Positions 51,067-64,000 of a stretch of 64,000 nt of DNA are shown here, in pieces (the stretch's first letter is position 1; the number at the start of each line of letters is the position of its first letter). This DNA comes from Octopus sinensis (lineage: Eukaryota). The position numbers and the translations under genes are program-made. The stretch spans positions 99,200,001 through 99,264,000 of the forward strand of contig NC_042997.1 of the NCBI RefSeq assembly GCF_006345805.1, in the 5' to 3' direction. Below the pieces are notes generated by a model. That model searched no databases. It was given only the letters and a program-made list of their open reading frames with translations, and was not told where the DNA came from.

Positions 51067-52582
51067 CTATCAGTATGTGAATTGTGTAGCGAGGTTTTCG
51101 ATCTACAATAAGGGAGATCTAACTAGATTGATCACAGATCCTTTAAAGTAGTTCATATTATGAAGTAGCTTCGTTTTGTTCAAAGGAAGACGAAACTAAC
51201 GAAAGAACAACAAATTGGTTTGAAATACAGTCATTTTTCATCATAAAACACACTGCCTGCCAGTGAACAGTTATCTTATATGTATATTTCTTATACATAT
51301 GTATATGAAGACGTACGTATATCATGCATACACATATAGTCACATTCACATATATACATATATATACAACACACTTATATCCACAGACATATTGATCTCT
51401 TGGTTTTCTAGACATTTTTATTGTTGTTTAATTAACCTTAATTTGTCTTGAGCTTTTTATGAAATTCTGACAACAGTTATTATTTTAATAATCATTTATC
51501 ATTTACCACCACAAAGATGATTATTAAAGAAATATTTAAAGAAAAACTTCTCAAAATAATATCTTTATTTTCTTTTTATAATTAAATGGTATTTTGTATT
51601 TTCTATTCTATTTCAATGATTTTTAATCTAAAAAATGAATTTATCTTTGGTTAGAAATCATATATATAACCTCCTGCCAACACATATATTTTATTTTATT
51701 TTAAAATATCTTTCAGATTTTCTCTTTGTTTCTTGGAAATCTATCATCATCATCATCATCATTAATGTATTCCTTTTCTCATTTCGTTGACATTTCTTCT
51801 CCGTACACATTTTACTCACATCAACGGATCAATATTAAACATAAATTAAGAAATAAGTACATAAAAATTCCACTATCCAGCATCGATTTTATTGTTTCGC
51901 AGTCGTTCATTTATTATTTAATTTTCATTACGTCTTAACAAATCAGATTTGATGATTTTTAAGCAGAACCATATATTTATACACCTTGAATGTTCCGTAT
52001 TCATGGAAAATTAATTTTCCAGTTTCCTCTGTTATAAATTGTCATTAGGTTATAGAACGCATCACGTGGAGCACACATTCATTAGACGAAACATAATAAG
52101 CTAAAAACTTGAATATCTGCAATCATCACCTGTTTCCTCAGTTCAGTAACTATGGATGTGTTAGGCTGTGTTGTAAGGACTGAAACATTCATGGGGCTGG
52201 TGAAGAAAGGAAAAGACACGGATGCATTCAGAAACCAGTGTTTGATATTTTGAGAGAGAATAAATTTCTTGTAATCTATCCAAATCAGAGACAACTTAAA
52301 GAAATATAAATGGACGCCGAAAGCAGCAATTTTTAAAAGAAGTGAGCTACAAGGCAATATAAAATCAATTATGCTATTATAAAGGATATATCATCCGATT
52401 CGTGTAATATTACATACAATCAAATCCATTCTAATGGATGCATTATGTAATGTAAGCTACATTGTAATAAATAAAACAAAACTTAAGAAATATTTCATTA
52501 AAAAATAGACCCTACTGCAAGATATGTGTGTGTGTGAGTATGTGTGTGTGGTGTGTGTGTGTGTGTGTGTGTGTCTGTGTGT

Positions 52583-52644
<62 letters not shown>

Positions 52645-53639
52645 ATTAAAAACATTTCAAACATGCGATGTGGGATAGGATGCAACAGGCATTGTGAGGT
52701 ATACAGAAGTGTATAAGAGATGCATTAAATAACTATATGAGATATATATTGTTTTTTTTATTGATTTCTGTCACTGAACTGCAGACTTGTTGAGTTAACA
52801 TTAAAGAGATTTTAGCCAATTAAATCGACACCAATACTTAGCCCCATACTTATTTTGTCGATCTCTATTAACGTTAGATCTTTTTAAAGCGCTACCGCCA
52901 TACACTCTTATCAATGTCAATTTACACACTTTCGTTGGTATAAGTCCCTTAAAATATTTTTCACTGGTTTGCTCTAAGACAGGCTATTAAAGAAACAATT
53001 ATATTTCTATAAAGTATTGCTACTACAGCAACTTTAGAGTTACTATTAAGAATTATATTAGAAAATAAAGGGCTGCAGCACAGATTCCGTCAAGTAACTC
53101 TCAATTCATTATTAAACTCAAGGCTACGGTAGAAAGAGAAAAGTACTACACAGTGGGGTCGAACCTAGAAGTATGTAATTTCGAAGAGAATCTTTCAACC
53201 ACGCGTCCAGCAGAAGCCACTTGGCATACTTTAAGAAAATACAGTACACGGAACAATTAACTCAAACTTAGGTATATATAAGATGCAGCTTCGAATTTAA
53301 TCTAAAATAACGCTTTAATCAATAATATATATAGCCTCAATAATTGCTTTTTCATCATTGTTTGACGAAATAAACATGGATCACATGCAATATATTGTAA
53401 CGTTGCACACTCATTTATTTTCATGATGCAGATGAAACATGCATCGTTGAAACGATCGTAATGGAGTCATAAATGTAATAACATCTCCTGGATTCACTGT
53501 ATTAAATTCCGCGACTAATAATTTATCCTTGGAGTTTCAGTTTGTTTTCTTTAAAGAAAATGTTTCACTACTACACACTTTGTGAGTCGGTATTCACTGG
53601 AGTCTGCTCGAATTTCTAGATTCCTTTTCATATATATAT

Positions 53640-53855
53640 CTTTACTCTTTTACTTGTTTCAGTCATTTGACTGTGGCCATGCTAGAGGACCGACTTTAGT
53701 CGAGCAAATCGACCCCAAGACTTATTCTTTGTAAGTCTAGTACTTATTCTATCGGTGTCTTTTGCCGAACTGCTAAGTTACGGGGATGTAAACACACCAC
53801 CATCGGTTGTCAAGCGATGTTGGGGGAACAAAAAGATACACAAACATATACACAC
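53640..53855 (-). mobile_element. SINE family B tail
   Basis: tttactcttttacttgtttcagtcatttgactg..gtcgagcaaatcgacccc..ggttgtcaagcgatgttgggg. Confidence 0.85.
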
Positions 53856-53860
53856 ACACA

Positions 53861-53904
<44 letters not shown>

Positions 53905-54234
53905 CTCATTAATTAATTAACAGTTATATCAATATATAAGAGAAAATAATTGAACAAGAATCAGGTGTGTTAGTCTCAATATCTGATATTCTGGAGTTAT
54001 TGTAATTTGAAAAGTCAACTTTTCATAGATATTTCAAAGCAGCTAGGTGTGATTTTTCTAAGCAATTCTGTGTTACAAATAATCTTTTTTTACATACAAT
54101 ATATTATTTTCTGTATAGAAACGCTTTGAATGTCACAACATTTCACACTAGCTCCGTTTGTAAAATCTAATATCCTAGAACGTTTAAATTTGCTACTATT
54201 ATTAAAATCTTTCTGCATTATACTGTTAAAAATA

Positions 54235-54922
54235 ATGCGACCTGGCTAAATCGTTAACACACCAGGCAAAATGCTTAGAGGCATTTCGTCTGTCTTTAAG
54301 TTCTGAGTTCAAATTCCGCCGAGGTCGACTTTGCTATTCATCTTTCCGCAGTCGATGAAATAAGTATGCGTCAAATACTGAATTCAATATAATCGACTAT
54401 CGCCCACACACAAAATTTCAGGTATTTTGTTTATAGTAGAAAGGACTATTAAAGTTTCTTCGTATTATATGTAAAAAGGAGGCGAGTGGGCAAAATCGTT
54501 AGCACAACAGACGAAATGCTTGGCGGTATTTCGTCCGTCTTCACGTTCTGAGTTCAAATTCCGACTTTGCCTTTGATCCTTTTGGTGTCAATAAAATAAG
54601 TACCAGTTAAGTACTCGGACCCATGTAACAGACTATCCCCTCCCCAAATTTCAGTCATTGTGCCTATACTGAAAAGGATAATCACTCCATGTAATTTTTA
54701 AAAAGGCTGTGAGGTGGCAGAATCGTTAACAAACCGGGCAAAAAATTTAGCCGTATTTCGTCTGTCTTTACGATTTGAATTGAAATTCCGCGGGGGTCGA
54801 CTTTGCTTTTCATCCCTCGGGGTCGATAAAATAAGCACTGGAAGGGAGGTTCAGTGTAAGTGATTTAACCCCCTCGCCCGAGGGAGTTAAATTGCTGGCC
54901 TCGTACCAAATTTGAAACCATT
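54235..54922 (+). mobile_element. Three head-to-tail full SINE family A copies
   Basis: Heads at ~54236, 54478 and 54705, each followed by the family core. Confidence 0.85.
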
Positions 54923-55652
54923 ATTACTCCATGTAAATGCTTGATACCTCGTCTAAACACCTTAGGTCTTACGTGCGTGCATTTCCTGGCATCACATTTC
55001 GTTAATACAACCTGTTGTACAGAGTAATATTAAAACGCTGTTGAAAATACCTGAATATCAGAATAACTTTTCTTCTCTATAATAATCAGCGGCTTTTATT
55101 TTCCCTTTGCGTTTCGTTTCTGAATACAAATTGATTTATGCTTGACTATATCTATACATTACCAGGCTGCTGTCTTCCAGTGATTAAACATATGTTGTAC
55201 AGAACATTTTCACAGAAACCAATATTACAGAAGAGAGAGAGAGAGAGAGAAAGTGATTAAGCAAGAGGGAGGGAGCGAGCAAGCGAGAGATGCTGCAAAC
55301 GCAGTCGTTTAACTCATATAAACATCGAGCTAGCGAATTAACACGGTCCTGTCATTGACTATTTCTTGCATCACCTCAATCACAAACTATCGATTCTAGC
55401 GTTGTCGATGAAGCTTTAACTTTATATCTCATAGGATGGTTTATCAATTCCTTTCAAAGATTTCAAATATCTGTGTTTATATAAGTGTGTATTCCTTCGT
55501 AATGTCTACGCTACCGTCCTTACTGTCAGCTATGCATGCAGTAAAATAACTTGGTATATCTTCATTATACGTATTTCTAATCACTTACATTACAAGATTA
55601 CAAGCCATCTCTCTCTCTCTCTCTCTCTCTGTATGCGTATCTGCCTGTCCAT

Positions 55653-55764
<112 letters not shown>

Positions 55765-55865
55765 GCATATATATATATATGTATCTCTCTATCTTTCTAT
55801 ATATCTATATATCTATCTGTCTATCTATCTATCTATCTAGCTAGCTAGCCAGCTAGCTATCTAGG

Positions 55866-55905
<40 letters not shown>

Positions 55906-56378
55906 CATACAAACAAACATACATACATACATACATACATACATACATACATACATACATACATACATACATACATACATACATACACATAGACACGAAC
56001 ACACACACAAAGGTATACGTACGTATGTAATGTTTATGTATGTATATATGTGTGTATGTAAGAACGTATGTACGTATATACATGTATGTGTGGGTGTATG
56101 GTGCCTTGAGTCTGTGTTTGTCCCCCAGCACCGATTGACAACTGGTGTTGGCGCGTTTACGTAACAGTAACCGATAGAATAAGTACCGGGCTTAAAAAGA
56201 AAATTGGTACAGCGGTCGATTAGAAACAGACCCACCCCTTTAACTAATCTGCTGGCGTAAAGAATTCGGGTATTCTGCAAGTAGATTAGTGAGTATCATA
56301 AGATGTTCTGGACCACCAAGGTAAAGACAGTCGGTGTTATTCCAGTATATGCATATTTATATATGCAAAGAGATAGAT

Positions 56379-56489
<111 letters not shown>

Positions 56490-56688
56490 AGATATGCGGA
56501 AGGATCTATTGAGAGGCGTCTATATGCATCTATGAGTGCCACTCGTTGAAAAAGGGCGTTTCTCTTAATATCAGTGTCAGCTAAAATCAATTTATTAGAC
56601 ATTTATGCATATATATTCTTACCGACAAAATTACGTACACGCCTGCATACATAAGTATATGTGAATGTATATAATTCTAATAATGTGG

Positions 56689-56747
<59 letters not shown>

Positions 56748-57044
56748 GCCCATCTTCCCTTATGCCCCATTCCTGTATAAATTCCATTATGTACAAAGCT
56801 TCTTTCTCTTTCCATTTGCTTCTCACACTCTCGCAATATATATATATATATATATATACACAAATACATACGTTTATATATATATATATATTACATTTAT
56901 AATTGTATGTATAAATATATGTGTATACAGATATATACATACACACACACATACACATATACACGCGCGCATACAACCAGCTATTACAATTACATTCGTC
57001 ATCATTATCACTTTCAGAGGTATGATTGATGTTGCTTTCCTTTT

Positions 57045-57118
<74 letters not shown>

Positions 57119-58161
57119 GTACTACTACCACTACTACTACTACTACTACTTCCAGGCTAGTATTAGAATTATATTAGAAAATGTCTAATAGACATAAGAA
57201 AAAAATACTTTTCACTCCGATTCTGTATTTAAATTAACTGTATAGAACGAAGATTACTCAATACGTGCAATCTACTGGACTTGCATTCCTATTGTATTTC
57301 ATTGTGCACCCATAACAAAGGGAGAACAACAGTTTCTATCAGTGCTACAACGCAAAACAGAAAACAATCTACGAAACGCTTTTCTTACACGAAAATTCGT
57401 TACCTTGAACGTTATATGAGCGCGCATGCGTATAAACAACACACACATCTGTATGCAAGCACACACACACAGACACACTTATTCTGAAATTAAAGATAGT
57501 GTTATATTCACGGGTTAGAGAATTGGGAATTTGCGTTGTTTACGTCTTTCTCGAAAATATTAAATCTATTAGTGGTGTGAGAGTGGTGCAATTGGCTTGC
57601 CTAATTCTGGCCCTTGCTGTCAAACGCGCACCAAGGAAAGAATAATTTGTAGGTTTTCACAAATTCCAAATGTATTTTAGAAACATTATGGAAAAGGATG
57701 TAGTGTAGTCCATAGCATGTACGTTATTAATAGCAGTCTAGTTGAACTGATGTTTACCAAGAAAGCTGTGACCATATGTTTTCCAATAAGATTAACGGTG
57801 TAGTTAAGCTAAGGATCGAAACGGAACGCCAGCTAAGAATAATTAAGAAAAACCAGGTAAGTTTTGGCACGCCAAAAGCTCGCCTCGCCTTTCTCTACGT
57901 CGCTCAAAGCGACAGAGATCAATAATGATTTCTTTTGACTATTCACAATGTCAATTATTGACGAACTATACCTTCTAGAAAGAGAGTAAAACGTTAACTT
58001 TGGAATGATTATTATAACGTAATTAAGATGTCGAATAAAGAGTAGAATGCAGAGACATGTCAAATTATGGCTGAACCTAGCTTGCTATTTACTGTTAATA
58101 TCCTGCTATGTAGGAAAGAAAGGGCATCGCAAAACTCCATTTCTTTTCTTCAAAATGCAAG

Positions 58162-58461
58162 TTCGTTCCTTCTCGAGCTACGCCTGGCTCATTAGGGCCG
58201 GTTTCCCGGTTTCCATAGCGTATAGGTTCCCCACCTGGACGGGACGCCGGTCCGTCGCAGGTAAGCTGCAAGATGCAGGAGGTAAAAGTGAGTGGAAGTT
58301 GTGGTGAAAGAGTCAGCAGAAGTTCGCCATGACCTTTTGCCGGAGCCGCGTGGAGCTTAGGTGTCTCGCTCATAAACACACACATCGTCCGGTCTGAGAT
58401 TCGCACCCGCGATCCCTCGACCTCGAGTCCGCTGCTCTAACCACTCGGCCGTGTGCCTCCA
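58162..58461 (-). mobile_element. Full-length SINE family C with a perfect 14-bp TSD
   Basis: TSD cttcaaaatgcaag at 58148-58161 and 58462-58475; tRNA-like head; 3' cctgcgacggaccggcgtcccgtccagg resembles the V-SINE domain (recalled). Confidence 0.9.
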
Positions 58462-58639
58462 CTTCAAAATGCAAGAGATTTATACCTAAATAAAATAGGT
58501 CCAAATATATATGTAATCTTGTGTTTCATTTAGAAGAAAATCCCCTTACAGACTCTTATTTAATCGATTCCCGAATGGAAGAGAAACGAAGTTGAGTTGT
58601 ACGATATCTCAGCTCCTAAAACTCGTGGTGTCAAATTAA

Positions 58640-59096
58640 CTGTCTTAAGTCCTCCAGCCCTATTCATTGCTACTGCCTGCACTATTTATCATGGGATATC
58701 AAATTAGTTGTCATAGAATATCTAGTCCCAGTAACTGCTACAGCTTGTACTATTTAACGCGCCAACATTCGCTGGCCCAAAAGATGTGCCGTCTTCTCAC
58801 CCTGCCTTTTCTATCCCATCTACAGTGACCTCACAGTCGAGTAACACTTATCATCTCAACGCATCGAAACAGGCCCATCGGTGATGTAAAGAGATGAGAT
58901 TTTCATGCATGGGCAACAGTTTCTGAGGTAGATCCATACTCTCATTAGATTTAAGGACACTTTTATACATGTCAAGGAATATTTCATTACATTCACTACA
59001 ATAATTCTATGGTACCGACGAACATCTTAGAACAAGAGGTAGCCAACCGGCGAGCCGAAAATGTCTCACTTTTATTTTTCTACTCGCTGCGAGTAT
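58640..59096 (+). mobile_element. Possible very old mariner C-terminal remnant
   Basis: Loose GI...EYL and L.HP..S..L.P-like traces only. Confidence 0.3.
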
Positions 59097-60735
59097 TTCC
59101 CTTCCTTTTTCTTATGTCACTAATGTAGTTATTCACTAAAGAAATAGAATAACAATGTGCTATTTTCTTCTTTCTCCAAAATATTGTCGATAAAAGGAGG
59201 TATGAATATTTAGTTTAGAAGTACGCTTCCCAATCTTGTTTCGATTACACCGCCATTCTAAACAAATATTTTCCAGTGTAGCCTTGGTTTGATCAACACT
59301 TTATTAGTAGACAGAAATTGCACGTAATCACAACATATGTATGTATATGCGTATGTATGTATATTGCATATATATATGTATATATATATATACATATATA
59401 ATATATATATATATATATGCATGCAATATACATACACACATATATTACATGTGTATATATTACATATATATATATATATATATATATGCGGTAGAAGTGA
59501 ATGTGTGTATGTGTGTGTCTGCGTCTGTGTGTGTTTGAGAGTGTGTATGTGGGTGTTTACATCACGTGGTTAGAAAACCTGTACATAAAAGCAAAAGTAA
59601 CATGTGGTATTAGTCCCCACCCTTTTTATCTCTGTTCACACCAATCTTGTCTTTATACTTCGTTTCTCACGATAAGGTTGAAACAAGCCCCTGACAAAGT
59701 AGTGGGGTACGATATGATTGATTAAACCCTTCTCTTTAGGGAGATAACCCAGCAAGTCCGCTTTCCAACCAGTAAAGCAAGTAAAATAACATGAAATGAA
59801 ATGAAACTATGAAACAAAAATAATCAACAAATTAATCAATAAAAGATTATGAAGTTGGGAATCTAATAGAAAAAAGACCATCGAAAAATACCAAGATTTA
59901 GCTGAATGTCTTAATAAAGAGGTGGTAGTTTTGTTTTAGTTATTCTGCAGTCTTCTGTTGAGTAGATCAGACAATGAAGCGGAAATAATTTCAGGACCTG
60001 ATTTGTAAATATATTGTTCAGTTGGGAAAACTAGCTTTTAAGGAATCAATCTGAAAGAAAATAAAAGCTTTATTGGTTGATAACGACTGACTGTACTAAA
60101 TATTAATGTTTGTTTGGAAAAAGATGCAGATGATTTCTGAAGAAATTATTCATAGAAGTAACTCAGAAGCTAAACTTAATTAAGAACTATGTGATAACAA
60201 GTTATGACTATTCACCTTTATATATAATCATACTAAAGACAATAGTTAGCTTTGTGAAAGAAATCTATTTGGTTTTTAGAATTAAATAATTTAATAGTTT
60301 TATAATGTTGTAGAGGGCAAAGATTTCTGAACTTTCAATGGTGTATCTAATAAAAGGAATTCGTTTGTAATATTGTCTTTGATATATGTGATTTCTTAGA
60401 ATTATATTTCCATTGGTGAACAAATAATTATTAAATACATATTAGTTTTTCATATTTGATAAGTCGTGGAAATGTTTATTCCTACGACTTTTGAAATCCG
60501 TTGCTTCATGTATATTTACATCAGAAGTGATTGTCCCACCATAAGTCACAAAAGTCTTCACTGGATATGATCAGTTATAAGTCTCTATAATTCTTTCAAG
60601 AGAAACAATATATTGTACTTAAACCCAGTATATTTCCATGTACATTTACTGAAATACAGAAACTAGAGTTTCTATATACCTGTTATATATATAAAACGTG
60701 TTATTTGTCTCTAAATTATATGTTAATGTTATGGC

Positions 60736-60808
60736 GCGGTTACTGATGATTATTTCGCCTGGCAAATTATCTTATTGCTAAATAAGCTCGAAACCCATGT
60801 ATAACCGT
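60736..60808 (+). ncRNA. Type I hammerhead ribozyme motif (second copy of the 3821 family)
   Basis: Stem I gcggtta/taaccgt; CTGATGA 60743-60749; GAAAC 60790-60794; GTA 60799-60801. The base of stem II is partly disrupted. Confidence 0.65.
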
Positions 60809-60973
60809 AAAAGAATAACAAGGTACAAGTTTTTTACTTTTCATTCCCTTTGAAATTGCTCTTAAATGTGGTTTTGGTCGTTTTGACTACTTCTTTTAGC
60901 GTTTAAAACTACATGTTAAAGGTAGTTTCTCTTGAGTTTAAATGTACACTATTTTATATTGAGAATATGCCTG

Positions 60974-61048
<75 letters not shown>

Positions 61049-61559
61049 TTATACTACAATGAAGTATAAATCGGGAATCGAATCGAATAAGGACTATGTT
61101 TCTATATCATCATAATACAATTCATTAACAGCTAAATAACCTACTGCAAGTTATTTTCATATACATTGATTAGATCGACAGAGCGATATAAAGAGTAGAA
61201 TGCCGGATTAAGTGAATTGCAGAATCCCGTTAAGTGTTATGTCCCTCTGCGATGAGCTCCAACATCGCTAATGTTAGCGTTGTAATTCTTTCTTCAGAGC
61301 TTGATAAAATAATTACCAAATATGCATTCGGTTGGTTCCACTAAATATGAACAGAACAGGTGTTTATGTAAAACAAAAATCAATAAATAATTATTACATC
61401 GTTGTATTATCAATACAATAGTTTTTGTTGGAATACTAACATATATATCTATACAGAAAAGCAGAATTATTGAGCTAATAAATGAACCAGAAAACCAAAA
61501 TTTCTACCCAGCTTTCTTCAAACAACCGCAATTTTTGTTACATAGTCTTCTTTCATTCT

Positions 61560-61727
61560 TTTGCTTTATACTTTTGCCTCTTTACAGTCTTTGGACTGCG
61601 GTCATGCTGAGGCACCGCCTTGAATTGTTTAGAAGAACAAATCGAGCTTACAAGTTATTTTCTTTAAATTCTGTCAGAACCACTATTTGATGTAAACAAA
61701 CAAACACCAGTTGCCAAGTGGTGGGGG

Positions 61728-61758
<31 letters not shown>

Positions 61759-61924
61759 AATTCAAATAAACGCTCAGTAAAAAGTAAGAGTTTTGATGTT
61801 TCGAACATAGTTCTTCGTCGGAAGGAAGAAAGGGAAAATTCCTAAGAAGGAAAACAAATGCCCAACAGCACATGTGTAGTTACATTTTATACACACACAC
61901 ATGCACACACACACACACACACAC

Positions 61925-61992
<68 letters not shown>

Positions 61993-62292
61993 TGTATATA
62001 TATATATATATTTATTTGCATGTGTGTGCGTGTGTTTGCGTTTCCCCACCTACTTGGCAACCGATATACATATATGGAAACCCGATGTTTTTGTGTATGT
62101 GTGTGTCTGTCTGTGTATATGTATGTATGCATGTTTTCATGTATGTACACATCCGGTTTCCATCTACGAAATTCACTCGGAAAGCATTGATCAGCCCGGA
62201 TCTATCACAAAAGACACTTTACCATAGTGCTGGGCAGTGGCACTGAATCCGGAAACGTTGTTGCGCAAAGAACATCTTCAATACAGAGCCAT
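61560..62292 (-). mobile_element. Degenerate SINE family B, with a PLE fragment (61755-61870, decayed hammerhead 61795-61821) inserted in its microsatellite
   Basis: Tail at 61560-61727 and head at 62150-62292. The insert's minus strand reads CCGACGA-AGAACTATGTTC-GAAAC-ATC. Confidence 0.55.
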
Positions 62293-62969
62293 ATCTATAT
62301 TTAATTTTTATCGAAGCTAATTAACGTTTCATTAGGGACTAACTTTATATTTCGACTTTAAGATTACAAATTAGGTATTAGCCAGCAATTTTATTTGATT
62401 AATCCTAAAGAATTCCAAGCTGGCGTTTTTTAGGTTTATATTTTTGTTATGAATCATGATGAAGTCATATTTGGCATCTGCAAAAGAAATTATATCAATC
62501 TTCAATTATTAGTTACTGCTGAACAGTAATTTGTAATTCTAATCAAGCTTCTTGTAAAAGCTGAGGGGTAAGATCTAGTACAGATTTAAACATGTAAACA
62601 TATTGATTTATAGAGTTATATTAATGAGTGAAACAAACTTAGAGAAAGAAACAAGAAATATTTTTTTACAGAAGGAAAAATACATAATTGTACCGTTTAT
62701 GTATTTTTTTCCAAAGGCATTAGCATAATGGTTTCAAGCGGCAGTTTCAACTGAGTCATAATTCAATTACAGATGAGTGTTGTTTTTTATTATTATTATT
62801 AGTTTATTATGGAAAAGGTTTGCTATATCTGAGAATGAGTTGTAGTATCAGTTACAATAGTATTTTTGGAATTTCAACTACATTGTTTTATACTTTTCTT
62901 GGGCATATATGTTGTTTACGTGGGTATGACTTTATACTGCATTCAGTGTTAGAGAGAAAGGGTATAGAG

Positions 62970-63770
62970 TTAACTATATTACTAAATCCTTTCGATCCAA
63001 CAGGGAGTCCAGGGTTTGGCAGAACTGAACTATTTCTGTACAATATAAATGAACTTGTAAATATGGATGGTAAACAACGATTATAACAGGGAAAAGCACC
63101 GAACCAATGGCCAGAATAGCGCAGGAAATAAGACAAGTTGATAAAAGGGTGTCAAAACGTTTGACAAAGTGTCCGGTATGGTCATGGTAGCATAGCAAAA
63201 TTAATCGGTCATTTATACCGCCCTTTTTTAAGGATTTTTACCGTCTGAACTTTTTAACGTTGTAGTTTATCAATTATTTACGTAATTTAACTTCCTTAGT
63301 ATAATGTTATATGATCCTGGATGGAAATTACTTTTAACATATTATTATTTACAACCAATAACCAAAAAATATCAAATTATTGAAAATGCAATATCCTTCG
63401 CTCTATCACTGATCAGTGGAACTGCTGCTGTGCTATGCTGAATTCTATATCAGTAATAACTTTATCCCGTTAGCACCTCAGTCAACATGAATGAGAAAAC
63501 AGCAAATATCACCGAAAATATTGTTCTTTGAACCACCTCAGTTGTGTCATGCCAAATTCTTACCATAGCATGTAATCCCAGGAGAGGCGAGCAATAAATG
63601 CTGTTACTACACAAGATACTGGCAGAGTGTATTAATGTCAATGCAATTGTCCAAATCATCCGTTTCTTTATTCACGTTTGTGAAACGTGCTGACTGCTGT
63701 GTTAAATCTAATGTGTAGGAAAATAGAAAACAGAAGCACTCTGAGTTCCACAGAAGAGATTGTACGGATG
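62970..63770 (-). pseudogene. Possible rhodopsin-class GPCR-like remnant (TM4-TM7)
   Basis: Ordered hydrophobic segments MIWTIALTLIHSASIL, TIFSVIFAVFSFML..SYY and FPA/ILAIGSVLFPVIIVVYHPYL, with stops and frameshifts. Judged by eye only. Confidence 0.25.
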
Positions 63771-64000
63771 CTGAAAGTTTTAATAAAAGTACTTCTATTT
63801 ATTTGCCCTAAGGTTTAGCAGAAACTTATATGTAATAGATTTTAAAATCCTTCAACAATTCAGTTATACACTTCAGTTACACACTTCATAAATTGTTTAA
63901 GTTTTTATTATTCATAGAAAAAAAATATTTTAAGTTACGAGTTGTTAACCCATAATTGTAAGCTACCTAATAGTATATACGTTGAACTGCTTAGATCGGT

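Noticed and set aside
52270-52300. LSLIWIDYKK similarity to the R4-type RT motif
   Set aside because: No AFDS continuation or other RT motifs nearby; probably chance.

Overview
AT-rich, microsatellite-saturated eukaryotic DNA with one 100-N scaffold gap (12343-12442). The repeat landscape looks like an Octopus/coleoid cephalopod intron or intergenic region (inference from recalled SINE families, not verified). No intact host gene is supported, and almost all listed ORFs are translations of simple repeats. The window is dense with decayed transposons: a young 5'-truncated Tx1/L1-clade LINE inside (GATA)n, RTE/BovB 3' ends, several decayed R4/Dong-like LINEs, two mariners (one nested inside a Helitron PIF1 helicase remnant), Helitron/Helentron-like and pogo-like non-autonomous elements, four tRNA-derived SINE families (one forming a TSD-flanked head plus five-body concatemer), and many Penelope-like (PLE) remnants carrying hammerhead ribozyme motifs. 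The most striking structure is a ~5.3-kb non-coding foldback element (28632-33958) in (TA)n. It has near-identical ~280-bp inverted ends, each with a complete hammerhead core on opposite strands, four C/A-rich ~0.7-1 kb tandem units, and a ~500-nt G.U-rich hairpin. The hairpin arms differ from the tandem units largely by clustered A-to-G changes, which suggests either an ADAR-edited RNA written back into the genome or RNA-structure selection. A few minus-strand exon candidates and a possible GPCR-like pseudogene remnant are low confidence.
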